A stretch of 36,313 nt of DNA from an uncultured Candidatus Rokubacteria bacterium (lineage in GTDB: Bacteria > Methylomirabilota > Methylomirabilia > Rokubacteriales > CSP1-6), in assembly GCA_963789955.1 (NCBI GenBank), contig CAWBMV010000027.1, forward strand, positions 1 through 36,313, read 5' to 3'. This document shows, in pieces, positions 1 through 9,847 of the stretch (positions are counted from its first letter, which is position 1; each line of letters opens with the position of its first letter). A program made the translations under genes and the position numbers. The notes beneath the pieces are model-generated. The model was given only the letters and a program-made list of their open reading frames with translations. It searched no databases and had not been told where the DNA came from.

Positions 1-1456
1 AGATGTTGGCCCGTTCGGCCTCGCACAGCCTGACCGCGTTCTCGGCCAGAGTATCGAACACCGGCTGGAGATCGAAGGTGGACCGCCCGATCACCTTCAG
101 GAGCTCGCTGGTCGCCGTCTGCTGCTCGAGCGCGACGCGGAGCTCGCCGTTGCGTGCCTCGAGCTCCTTGAACAAGCGAACGTTCTCGATGGCGATGGCC
201 GGCCTGGTCGGCGAAGGTGGTGACGAGCATCGATCTGCTTGTCGGTGAACGCTTGGACCTCGGTCCGGTACACCAATACAAACACGGCCGACGATATCGT
301 CCTGCCGCAGCATGGGAACGGCCATGCACGGCATCGATGGCCGAGAATCTTTTGCGCCTCGTGCATCGCGAACTCGGGATCGGCCAGCACGTCGACGTCA
401 TATGGATCGTGCGGCGCTCGAGGGCGGCCCGCCCGATCGGCGCGCCGCGGGTGGGCCGGACGATATTCCGCTGCAGTTGCTTTGGCGTATATTTCTCGGG
501 ATTGACCCTATGCTCGTGCCGGATGCTCCGAAACACGCCGTCTTTTCGAGCAACGCGAGGAATCCCGCTTTCGGCGCCGGCCAGCCGCGTCGCGTTCTCG
601 ACAAGGGTTGTGGCCAGGACGGGCTGCAGATCGAAGGTCGAGCGGCTGATCACCTTGAGTACTTCGCTGGTCGCCGTCTGCTGCTCGAGCGCCGTCCGGA
701 GCTCGCCGTTGCGCGCCTCCAGCTCCTTGAACAGGCGCACGTTTTCGACGGCGATCACCGCCTGGTCGGCGAAGGTCTTGAGCATCTCGATCTGGCTGTC
801 GGAGAACCCTCCGGCCTCGGCCCGTGCGACCGTAATCGCGCCGATAGGCTCCCGGCCGCGCAGCATCGGAACCGCGATGCGCGGCTTCGGTAGGTCACCG
901 CTTGCGCGACTTCGGGAACGCCATAGGCTCGATCCGTCTGCACGTCCTTGATGTGCGCGACGGCGCGATGAACGATGGCGCGCCCGGCCGCGGTGTCCTC
1001 GCCGGCCAGGCGCGGAAGAGCCTGTTGAAACGCCGCCAGGCCTTCCGGCGACAGTCCATCGCAGGCGCCGAAATGGAGGTGATCGTCCGCAAAACGCAGG
1101 ACGAAGCAGAACTGCCCTGCGCAGAGATCCCTCGCGCTGCGCGCGATCGAGTCGAACGTGGGCTGGACGTTGGACGGCGAGCTGGAGATGACTCTGAGAA
1201 TCTCGCTGGCCGCCGCCTGCTGCCCCTGGGTCTCGGTCAGCGCCTGCGTGAGCCGCGCGCTCTTGGCTCTCTCCTCCTGGAGAGATCGCCGCAGAGCTTC
1301 GACCTGGGCGAGAAGGTCGCCGTCGGCGCTCACGCGACTATCGTTACCGCGCGGAGTCGGCGAGGCTCGACCAGCGCCCACCTTGCCGGATAAGCCTCGA
1401 GCATGCGCCGGCAAGTCTTCCGGAATCTGCTCGCGGTCCCGCTCAGGCTGAGCCAC
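1..1456 (-). CDS. Tandem multi-GAF domain signalling protein (sensor kinase or cyclase type), N-terminal part; runs off the window start and is frameshifted
   Basis: Minus-strand translation gives repeated GAF/linker modules: [132 protein letters not shown]. Several indels. Start is either GTG 1456 or GTG 1333. Confidence 0.8.
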
Positions 1457-1498
1457 CGCGCGATTCTAGCACCCGCACCACTCGTGAGGGAGACACAG

Positions 1499-2956
1499 CC
1501 CGAGTTCAACTGGTCGTCGCAACACTGCAGTGTGAGCCGATTGTAGAACCTCGTCGAGCGCCTCGGCCGGTGTTCGCCAGCCGAGAGTCTTTCGCGGCCG
1601 GGTGTTGAGCGCGAGGGCGACGGCCGCGAGGGCGTCGGCGCTGTGAACGCTCAGGTCCGTGCCCTTCGGAAAGTACTGGCGGAGCAGCCCGTTGGTGTTC
1701 TCGTTCGTGCCGCGCTGCCACGGACTGTGCGGATCGCAGAAATAGACCGCGACCCCGGTGTCGATGCGCAGGCGAGCGTGCTGGGTCATCTCGACCCCCT
1801 GATCCCAGGTCAGCGACCGGCGCAGCTGCGCCGGCAGCGTGATGATCGTGCGCGCAATGGCGTCGCGGACCGCCTCGGCACCATGCCCGGCGAGCGCCGG
1901 TCCATTCTTCACGCGAACGCCGGAGCCATGGCCGGCCATGCGCGGCAGGTGGAGCAGGAGCGTGAACCGCGTGGTGCGCTCCACCAGCGTGCCGATGGCG
2001 GAACTCCCCAGCCCCACGATGAGATCCCCCTCCCAATGCCCCGGCACCGCTCGGTCGGTCGCCTCCGCCGGCCGCTGGCTGATCAGGAGCTCGGGCGTGA
2101 CGAAGGGCTTACCCCGCCCGCGGGTGCGCGCCCGCGGCACGCGCAGCGCCCGGCCGGTGCGCAGGCATGCCGTCAGCTCCCGGCGCAGCGCGCCGCGCCC
2201 CTGCACATACAGCGCCTGGTAGATGGCCTCGTGGCTGATGCGCATGGATGCATCGTCGGGGAAGTCGCGCGGGAGGCGCCGGGCGATCTGCTCGGGGCTC
2301 CACGCCCGGGCCCACCGCCGATGCTGTCGCCGCCCGTGCCGGCGCCCCGTCCACGGCACGACAGGCCTGGGAACCATGCGCCGCTTGGCGCGATGACCAC
2401 GCCGTCCAACCGCTCCTGTACGTATTGCTGCAGCGGGGCGTTCACCGCCAGCTTCGCCGGCTTCGGCCGGCGCGCGGCGCGATCCGCATGCCACTGCGCC
2501 GTCGTCGCGCGGTACTCGAGGCCGCCGGAGCGCGTGGCGGCGTTGCGGCGCAACTCCCGCGAGATCGTCGACGGCGCCCGGGCCAGCTGGCGGGCCGATC
2601 GCGCGCACGCCATGCCCCTGGGCGCGCCAGAGCGCGATCTGCTCCCGGTCGGTGAATGCCAGATACCGCCCCGACGGCGGCGGCGCCGAAGGCCTGAGGT
2701 GCGACGCTGCCATGCCGCCTGCCTCCCGAAACCACCGTGTCCCAACCGGCGGCGACACCCCAGCGCCGACCGCCGCGTCCTCGCTCGGGCGTCCCGCCGC
2801 GATCGCCACCCAGAACCGGCGCTGCTCCTCACGCCGCCGCACCGAGGGGCGGCCTGGCGAGTGCAACTTGGCTCGTCCTGCCCGCTCCGAACACCGCCTC
2901 CGTGTCGTCATCGCAACCCCCTCGGTGAGGTGTTGCGACGACCGCTTGAATTCACC
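1499..2956 (-). mobile_element. IS30-family insertion sequence (~1.46 kb)
   Basis: Terminal IRs gagttcaactggtcgtcgcaacac (1502-1525) and gtgttgcgacgaccgcttgaattc (2930-2953) match at 21/24. Flanked by CAG at 1496-1498 and 2957-2959. Encloses an IS30 transposase. Confidence 0.9.
1506..2911 (-). CDS. IS30-family transposase (frameshifted near 2600, 2385 and 1530)
   Basis: Motifs SGRYLAFTDREQI, PSTISRELRRN, WSPEQIA, ISHEAIYQALY, GHWEGDLI, SLTWDQG, FCDPHSPWQRGTNENTNGLLRQYFPKG, LNTRPRKTLGW. Confidence 0.92.
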
Positions 2957-3022
2957 CAGTCGCCGCCCTGCCTCCCATTGGATACGCTTGAACGGGTCCT
3001 CGACCTGCGATACAGAGGAGCC

Positions 3023-3358
3023 ATGTCCTCGGCCGAGTACGGGCAGCTCGTCGAGTTGTTGGGACGCCAGTTCGCTGATGTCGATCGCCGGTTCGACGCG
3101 ATGGATCGTCGGTTCACTCAAATGCTCACCGAGCTGCGCCACCAGATGCTCGGGCACTTCGACGCGATCTACCAGCGTTTCGAGCGACTCGAGCAGGAGT
3201 ACCAGGCGATCCTCCAGGCTCTGCGGCGGATCGAGTCCAGACTTGCCGACGAGGCGGGCCGGCGCGAGATTCTCGAGCGCGACGTCACCGAGCTGAAGCA
3301 CCGCGTCGCCGCGCTCCAGTCTCGCATCGACGAGATCGAGCAACGCCTCGGCCGCTAG
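3023..3358 (+). CDS. Coiled-coil hypothetical protein (111 aa)
   Basis: GAGGAG RBS before ATG 3023. Heptad-rich sequence FADVDRRFDAMDRRF...LQSRIDEIEQRL. Confidence 0.75.
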   Translation: MSSAEYGQLVELLGRQFADVDRRFDAMDRRFTQMLTELRHQMLGHFDAIYQRFERLEQEYQAILQALRRIESRLADEAGRREILERDVTELKHRVAALQSRIDEIEQRLGR

Positions 3359-4308
3359 CTGTGAACGAGCATGAGGTTGTTTCCACCCGGGAACCGACTG
3401 AAGGGGGGCTGCGCGTCAATTCGCACTGTGGGGACGAGGCGCATTGAGTGTTCGAGCCAGCCGGGCATCATCTGCGTGCGATCCGCGGAGGTGTAGTAGG
3501 GCGTCTGGTAGGCCCATTCGCGGAGCGCAGTCTGAATGAACCGCTCGGCCTTGCCGTTCGTTCGGGGCGTGTACGGCCGGGTGCGGCGGTGGAGGACCTG
3601 GAGGCCGCGGCACGTCGCGCGGAAGCTTCGGGAGATGTAGCCCGACCCGTTGTCGGTGAGCACGCGGCGGACGCGCACGCCGCGGGCGCGAAACCAGCGC
3701 AAGGCTGGCGCAGGAACGCGCCATCGTGGCTGCGCGTTCGTCGGCGAGCAGCTCGACGTAGGCCGACGCGTGAATGATCATCAACCGCGACGTGCAGGCA
3801 CTCCCAGCCGATCCCGCGCGCGCGATGCCGGCGACGCCCGGAGACGCGATGGCCGAGCCCGCGGATCCGGCCCAGTTTCTTCGTGTCCAGGTGCAGCAGG
3901 TCGCCCGGCGCGCGTGCTCATAGCGGGGGCCCATCGGCGGCGGGGCGAGGCGGAGCCGGCGCGAGAGGCCGACGCGACGCCGGTGTGCGCGATGTCGCCG
4001 CGCTGACGCCGACCGCCGTCGCGATCTGGGCGCAGGTCCACCGCTGGCGGCGCAGGACCTTGGCCCCGAGCGGGATCGCCGGCGCAGTGGCGCGAGGGCT
4101 CGTGTGCGGCCGGCTCGACCGGTCTTGCAGCGAGGCGCCATGCTCCACCACGGCCGCGCGGTGCATTCCGAGGACCCCACTTGCGCGCGGTGCGCAGGGA
4201 AACGCCGAACGCCTTGGCCGCGACGGCGAGCGCCGTGCCCAGCGCGACCAGGGCCACGAGCTCCTGTCGACGGTACGGGGTCAGTCGGGCATTCTTGTGG
4301 ACGTTCAT
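3355..4308 (-). pseudogene. IS481-family transposase, multiply frameshifted (decayed or sequencing indels)
   Basis: N-terminus MNVHKNARLTP...GVSLRTARKW; DRSSRPHTSP; VRRVLTDNGSGY; TRPYTPRTNGKAERFIQTALREWAY; C-terminus NNLMLVHS. GGAGG RBS upstream. Confidence 0.85.
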
Positions 4309-4396
4309 CCAGGCCTCCTGTCCAGGGAGAGTAATGACGTGGCAGCCACAACTTCCCCCAGGTCGGCCTGGGTGAACAACCTCTTGCTTCGTTACA
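3360..4396 (-). mobile_element. IS481-family insertion sequence (~1.04 kb)
   Basis: Ends TGT...ACA. IRs tgtgaacgagcatgaggttgtt (from 3360) and reverse complement tgtaacgaagcaagaggttgtt (to 4396). Flanks GCTAGC (3354-3359) and GGTAGC (4397-4402). Confidence 0.88.
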
Positions 4397-4430
4397 GGTA
4401 GCCCCTGCGCGCCGCGTGGTTACGCCGCGC

Positions 4431-5471
4431 TCATCGTGCCTCGCTGGCGAGGCCGGCCATCAGCTCCATCGCCTCGGGCTGCTCGGTCGTGATCGTCAAC
4501 CCGGTGATACCGGAGTCGGCCCAGGCACGATAGCGCTCGCGGATGCGCGCGACGGGCCCTACCAGCGCCATCTCGTCGCAGAACTCGTCGGGAACGGCCG
4601 CGACGGCTTCGTCCTTGCGCCTGGCCAGGAACAGCTCCTGGATTTTCTGTGCGGCGTCGCCGAAGCCGCGCCGGATCATCATCTCCTTGTGGAAGTTCTT
4701 GTCGCGATGGCCCATGCCGCCGACGTAGAGCGCGACGCGCGGCTTCATGCGCGCGAGCGCGCCGCGCACGTCGTCGGTGATCGACACCTCCGCCCGCGGC
4801 TGGATCTCGAAGTCGGCGAAGCCCTTGCCGCCGCCCGCGCGCCGGAAGCCCTCCTCGAGCCAGGGGCGCAGCATCGGCATCAGCCGCGGCACGAAGCCGA
4901 GCGGCAGCCAGCCGTCGGCGATCTCGGCGGTCAGCTTCACGTTCGCCTCGGTGCCGGTGCCGAGCCAGATCGGGAGTCGCGGGTTCATGTGCAGGATCGA
5001 CGTGAGCGGCTTGCCGACGCCGAGCGCGCCCGGCCCGGTGTACGGCAGCGAGATCTCGCGCCCGGCGTGGGCGACGGGCTCCTTGCGCTCGAAGACCTTC
5101 CGCATGATCGTGACGTAGTCACGGATGCGCCAGTACGGCTTGCCCCACGGCTGGCCGTACCAGCCCTCGACGATCTGCGGGCCCGAGACGCCGAGCCCGG
5201 CGATGACGCGGTCGCCGCCCGCGAGCGCGTCGACCGTCGCCGCGGCCATCGCCGCCGACGCGGGCGTGCGCGCCGCGAGCTGCATGATGCCGGTGCCGAG
5301 CCGGATGCGCTTCGTCAGCGCGGCGAGGTAGGCGAGCGGCGTGATCGCGTCCGAGCCGTACGCCTCCGCCGTCCAGACCGAGTCGAAGCCGAGGCGCTCC
5401 GCGAGCAGGACCTTCTCGACCGGCAGACGTAGCTCCGCACCCGAGTAGCCGATGCTCAGCCCGAGCTTCAT
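4431..5471 (-). CDS. LLM-class probable F420-dependent oxidoreductase (Rv3520c-like family)
   Basis: AERLGFDSVWTAEAYGSDA, RLGTGIMQLAARTP, GLGVSGPQIVEGWYGQPW, ALYVGGMG. AGGAGG RBS. An alternative in-frame ATG lies at 5519. Confidence 0.88.
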   Translation of the reverse strand: MKLGLSIGYSGAELRLPVEKVLLAERLGFDSVWTAEAYGSDAITPLAYLAALTKRIRLGTGIMQLAARTPASAAMAAATVDALAGGDRVIAGLGVSGPQIVEGWYGQPWGKPYWRIRDYVTIMRKVFERKEPVAHAGREISLPYTGPGALGVGKPLTSILHMNPRLPIWLGTGTEANVKLTAEIADGWLPLGFVPRLMPMLRPWLEEGFRRAGGGKGFADFEIQPRAEVSITDDVRGALARMKPRVALYVGGMGHRDKNFHKEMMIRRGFGDAAQKIQELFLARRKDEAVAAVPDEFCDEMALVGPVARIRERYRAWADSGITGLTITTEQPEAMELMAGLASEAR

Positions 5472-5637
5472 GCACGCGATCCTCCTGGTCATGCGTTGCT
5501 CCATCAGCTCGCTCGTCATTTTGAACTCGCTCCTTCTCGAAGCGGCGAACTCACGACTGGTAGGTTTCCGTAGCGGAAGAGTAGACGTTGTCGGTGCCGT
5601 CGACCTTGGTCGTCGCGATGTGGGTGTCGCGGCCGGT

Positions 5638-5666
5638 AGCATGGCCGGGGCCGACGCCGAGGTCAA
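5638..5666 (-). promoter_or_regulatory. Putative sigma70-type promoter for the leftward LLM gene
   Basis: Minus strand TTGACC-17 nt-CATGCT. Confidence 0.45.
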
Positions 5667-5713
5667 GGCCCTCGCTTGCTCACGACGGGGCCTTCGTGTA
5701 GTGGTGTTGCACC

Positions 5714-6673
5714 ATGGACTACCACATCGTTCTCGGGACCGCCGGCTGGGGTGTGTGGCATAGCCCGGATGCGGGCAAGTCGTGGCTGCGTCACCGAAAG
5801 CCGTTCCCGCTGAACAGCCGGATCCAGGCGCTGGCGGTGGTGCCGGGCGAGCCGCGCGGGGTCCTGGCCGCCGGCGACACCGGCGTCTTCCGGAGCCGCG
5901 ACGGCGGCGCGTCGTGGGCGCGAGTCGGCGCCGCCGGCGACCTGCCGACGGTCTGGTCGTTGGCCGTCGATCCGGGCGATCCACAGACGATCTTCGCCGG
6001 CACGCGGCCGGCCGCCGTCTACCGCTCGCGCGATGGCGGGGCCACCTGGAAGCGGCTCGACGTCGACGTCGCGACCGAGTGCTCGATCGGAACGCCGTTC
6101 GTGACGCGCGTGCTCGTCGATCCGGCCGACCGAACGGTGTGGGCCGGCGTCGAGATCGACGGCGTCTTCCGGAGCCGCGACGGCGGCGACACGTGGACCA
6201 AGGTCGTCAACGGTCTCCTCGACCTCGACGTGCACGACATGGCGCTCGCCGCGTCCAGCCCGCCGCGCGTCTACGTGAGCACGAACGGCGAGGTGTTCTG
6301 GAGCGACGATCGCGGCGAGGCGTGGACGCCGATCGGCGTGAAGGCGCGGTGGCCCCTGCCCTATGCGCGCGGCATCGCCGTGAAGGCCGACGATCCGCGC
6401 GTCGTGTTCGCCGGGTGCGGCCAGACGACGACGGGCGAGACCGGCGAAGTCCTCCGCTCGAGCGACGGTGGGCAGAGCTGGCGAAGCCTTCCCTTGCCCA
6501 CCCGGCCCAATGCCACGATGTGGGGCCTGGCCACTCATCCGGCGGACGGCGCACGCATCGTCGCGTTCAGCTTGTTCGGCGAGGTCTACGTCAGCGAGGA
6601 CGCCGGCGAGTCCTGGCGCAAGATCGCGCGCGAGTTCGGGGAGGTTCGCGCCGCGGCCTGGCTTCCGGCGTGA
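5714..6673 (+). CDS. BNR/Asp-box repeat beta-propeller protein (glycosyl-hydrolase/sialidase-like fold)
   Basis: Seven SxDxGxxW Asp-boxes: SPDAGKSW, SRDGGASW, SRDGGATW, SRDGGDTW, SDDRGEAW, SSDGGQSW, SEDAGESW. No signal peptide. Confidence 0.85.
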   Translation: MDYHIVLGTAGWGVWHSPDAGKSWLRHRKPFPLNSRIQALAVVPGEPRGVLAAGDTGVFRSRDGGASWARVGAAGDLPTVWSLAVDPGDPQTIFAGTRPAAVYRSRDGGATWKRLDVDVATECSIGTPFVTRVLVDPADRTVWAGVEIDGVFRSRDGGDTWTKVVNGLLDLDVHDMALAASSPPRVYVSTNGEVFWSDDRGEAWTPIGVKARWPLPYARGIAVKADDPRVVFAGCGQTTTGETGEVLRSSDGGQSWRSLPLPTRPNATMWGLATHPADGARIVAFSLFGEVYVSEDAGESWRKIAREFGEVRAAAWLPA

Positions 6674-7895
6674 CGCGCTCGCCGGCGCGCACCGCGGTGG
6701 GCGTGGTCGTGGCGCTCGCGCTCGCGTGGATCGCCTGGGCGGCGTCGGCCGCCGACGCACCGACCTGGCGCGAGGGCCGGCTCGGGGACGCCGACTTCGT
6801 CATCGGTCTCCCGGCCAAGTGGAACGGCGGTCTCGTCATGTTCGCGCACGGCTATCAGGGCGAAGGGCCGGGACGCGGCGACGTGCAAAGCTTCCCGCTC
6901 GGATGGCCAGCTCACCGCGCGCGGCTACGCGTGGGCCGCGTCCGGCTACCGTGCCCACGGCTATCGGCCGGATTGGTTTCTCGCCGACACGCTCGCGCTG
7001 CGCGAGCACGTCATCAAGGAGCTCGGCCAGCCGCGCTGGACGATCATTCACGGCCAGTCGATGGGCGGCCACGTCGCGATCGCGTCGCTCGAGCTCCATC
7101 CCGAGGTGTACCAGGGCGGCCTCATCGAGTGCGGGGTCGTCGACGGCGTCGGCCTCGTCGACTGGCTCCGCGCGTACACGGTCGCCGCCGAGTACTTCTC
7201 CGGCGTGCCGCTCTTCGATACGCCGCGTCCGGCGTTCGACGCACTCGTCAGCGGCACGTGGCTCGCCGCTCATGGGCCAACCGGGCGACTACACCGAGCG
7301 CGGCCGGCGCTTCGACAGCGTCGTGAAGCACCTCTCCGGCGGCGACGTGCCGCTGCGTCTCGACGGCATGAAGCTGCGCTACATCATGAACCTCAACCCG
7401 CGCGATCCGGGACCGGCACGCGCGCAGGAATTCTCCCGCCACGCCGATACGCGGGGCATCGTGTACGACATCGATCCGGGCCTCGGGCTCGACGCGGCCA
7501 CGCTCAATCGCGAGATTCGCCGCGTCGCGCCGGCGCCGGGCGCGCGCTCGCGCGATGCGAACCCGGTGTTCGCGGAGCTGACCGGCAAGATCCGGGTTCC
7601 GCTGATGACCATCCACGAGACCGCCGACTTTCGCGTTCCCTTCCGTCTCGAGCAGAGCTACCGCCGCCGCGCCCAGGCCGCGGGCACCGGACACCTGCTG
7701 GTGCAGCGGGCGGTGCGCTGGGCCGGGCACTGCAGCTTCGACGGCGTCGCGCGGGAGCAGGCGTTCGACGACCTCGTCGCCTGGATGGAGCGAGGCGTCG
7801 TGCCGGCGGGGGACGACGTGCTCGGCGACGTGACGAAGCTCGGGCTTCGCTGGACCACGGCGTTTCACCCGAACGACCCGGCGCGCCGGCCATGA
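6670..7895 (+). CDS. Exported alpha/beta-fold hydrolase (frameshifts near 6905 and 7265)
   Basis: GTG start overlaps the upstream TGA. Signal peptide, WNGGLVMFAHGY, nucleophile elbow GQSMGG, late HETADFRVP and AGHCSF. Confidence 0.75.
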
Positions 7896-7949
7896 GCCGC
7901 ATCGCGGCGGCCCGGAGAGCTCATCCGACACGTCCCACGGGAGGACACC

Positions 7950-9066
7950 ATGCGAGCAGCACGTCGTTTCGCGTTCTGGGCCGGGATGGCCGCGAGCACC
8001 GCGCTGGTCGCGGGCACGTTGATGGCCGCGACCGGCCGGCGCCGCCACCTTCGTCTACGTCGGCAACGCCGAGAGCAACGAAGTCTACGTGCTCCAGCTC
8101 AACCCGCAGAACGGCGATCTCACGGTGATCGAGAAGACGCCGATCCCGGGCATCGAGAAGCCGGGGATCTCGACCCCGATGGCGCTGAGCCCCGATCGCC
8201 GCATCCTCTACGTCGGCACGCGCGGCGAGCCGAAGGTCGCGGCGGGCTTCGCCATCGATCCGTCGACCGGCACGCTCAAGTTCATCGCGGCCGGTCCGCT
8301 CGCCGACAGCCTGGCGTACATCTCGACCGATCGCGCGGGCCGCTTTCTCCTGGGCGCGTCGTACCCGGGCCACCGGGTGACGGTGAATCCAATCGGGGCG
8401 CCGGGCAAGGTGCAGCCGCCGCAGCAGGTGCTCGAGAACTATCCCAACGCGCACTCGATCCTCGCGGACGCGGCCAATCGCTTCGTGCTGGTGCCGACTC
8501 TCGGCAACGACCGGATCAATCAATTCGCGTTCGACGCGGCGACCGGCAAGCTGACGCCGACCAGCTCGCCGGCGGCCGAGGCGCGGCCGAAGGCCGGCCC
8601 GCGTCACTTCGTCTATCATCCCGGCGGCAAGCTCGTGTACGTCATCGGCGAGCTCGACGGCAACGTCTACGTCTTCGACTACAACGCGGCCTCCGGCGAC
8701 CTGACGCAGAAGCAGATCGTCAGCGCGCTGCCGGCCGACTTCCAGGGCAAGCCGTCCGCCGCCGATCTGCACATCACGCCCAACGGTAAGTTCCTCTACG
8801 GCTCGGAGCGCACGTCGAGCACCCTGGCCGGCTTCCAGGTCGATCCGGCGAAGGGGACCTTGACGCCGATCGGCAGCGTGCCGACCGAGAAGCAGCCGCG
8901 CGGATTCGGCATCGATCCTTCCGGCCGCTATCTGCTCGCGGTCGGTCAGCTCTCCCACGGCCTGTCGAGCTACTCGATCGATCAGTCGAGCGGCCAGCTC
9001 ACCAAGCTGAAGGAATATCCGATGGGCAAGAATCCGAACTGGGTGGAGATCATCGACCTTCCGTGA
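7950..9066 (+). CDS. pgl: 6-phosphogluconolactonase/YbhE-like lactonase, beta-propeller with signal peptide (frameshift near 8037)
   Basis: TFVYVGNAES, PMALSPDRRILY, NAHSI, AGPRHFVYHP, AADLHITPNGKFLYGSER, PRGFGIDPSG, GKNPNWV. Confidence 0.8.
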
Positions 9067-9075
9067 GCGCTCCCG

Positions 9076-9847
9076 ATGGGGTCGCTCGGCACGTTGAGAG
9101 CAAGCATCGCGCAGGGCCGCGCGACCCTCGGCTATCTCGTCACGACGCCGAGCCCGCAGATCGTCCAGGCCCTCGCGCGCACGGGCGTCGACTGGCTCAT
9201 GATCGACACGGAGCACGCGCCCATCGGCATCGAGTCGGTGGCCGCCATGGTCGCGGCCACCGGCGGCACGCCCGTGACGCCGATCGTGCGTGTGCCGGCG
9301 GCGCGTCCCGAGCTGGTCAAGCCGGTGCTCGATTGCGGCGCGCTCGGTGTCGTGTTCCCGCAGATCGCGACGCGCCAGGAGGCCGAGGCCACCGTGCAGG
9401 CCGTCCGCTACGCGCCCGCGGGCCAGCGCGGGTACGGCCCCACCTACGCGGCGCTCCGCTGGGGGCTGCCGAACCTCGAGTACTTGAAGGCCGCCAACGA
9501 CGCGGTGCTGAACGTCGTGCTGATCGAGTCGCAGGCCGGCGTCGATGCGCTGGACGACATCCTGACGGTCAGCGGGCTCGACGTGGTCGCGGTCGCGCGC
9601 GGTGATCTTTCGCAGAACCTCGGCGTGGCCGGGCAGTTCGATCATCCCCACCTGGTCGAGGTCGTCGCGAAAGCCGAGGCGAAGATCCGCGCGCACGGCG
9701 AGGTCGCGCTCGGCGGCATCGCGTTCTCGCCCGACGACGCGCGCGCGATGATCACAAGAGGCTACCGCTTCATCGTGCTGGGAAGCGACGCCGGCCTGAT
9801 CTCCGGCGCGGCGCAACGCACCGTGCAGGCGATTCAAGGGAGCCTGA
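9076..9847 (+). CDS. HpcH/HpaI class II pyruvate aldolase family protein (3' end affected by an indel)
   Basis: GVDWLMIDTEHAP, IVRVP, LDCGALGVVFP, RYAPAGQRG, VLIES, GDLS. Probable true stop is TGA 9845-9847, abutting the next ATG. Confidence 0.85.

Noticed and set aside
1441..1451. gctcaggctga shared with 34141-34151
   Set aside because: An 11-bp match 33 kb apart is plausible by chance and has no supporting boundary features.
1499..4396. Composite transposon carrying the coiled-coil gene
   Set aside because: The flanking elements belong to different families and each has its own target duplication, so they are independent insertions.
5880..6190. Repeated cggcgtcttccggagccgcgacggcggc as a CRISPR or DNA repeat
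   Set aside because: These are coding repeats of the BNR/Asp-box blades, with no spacer architecture or cas genes.
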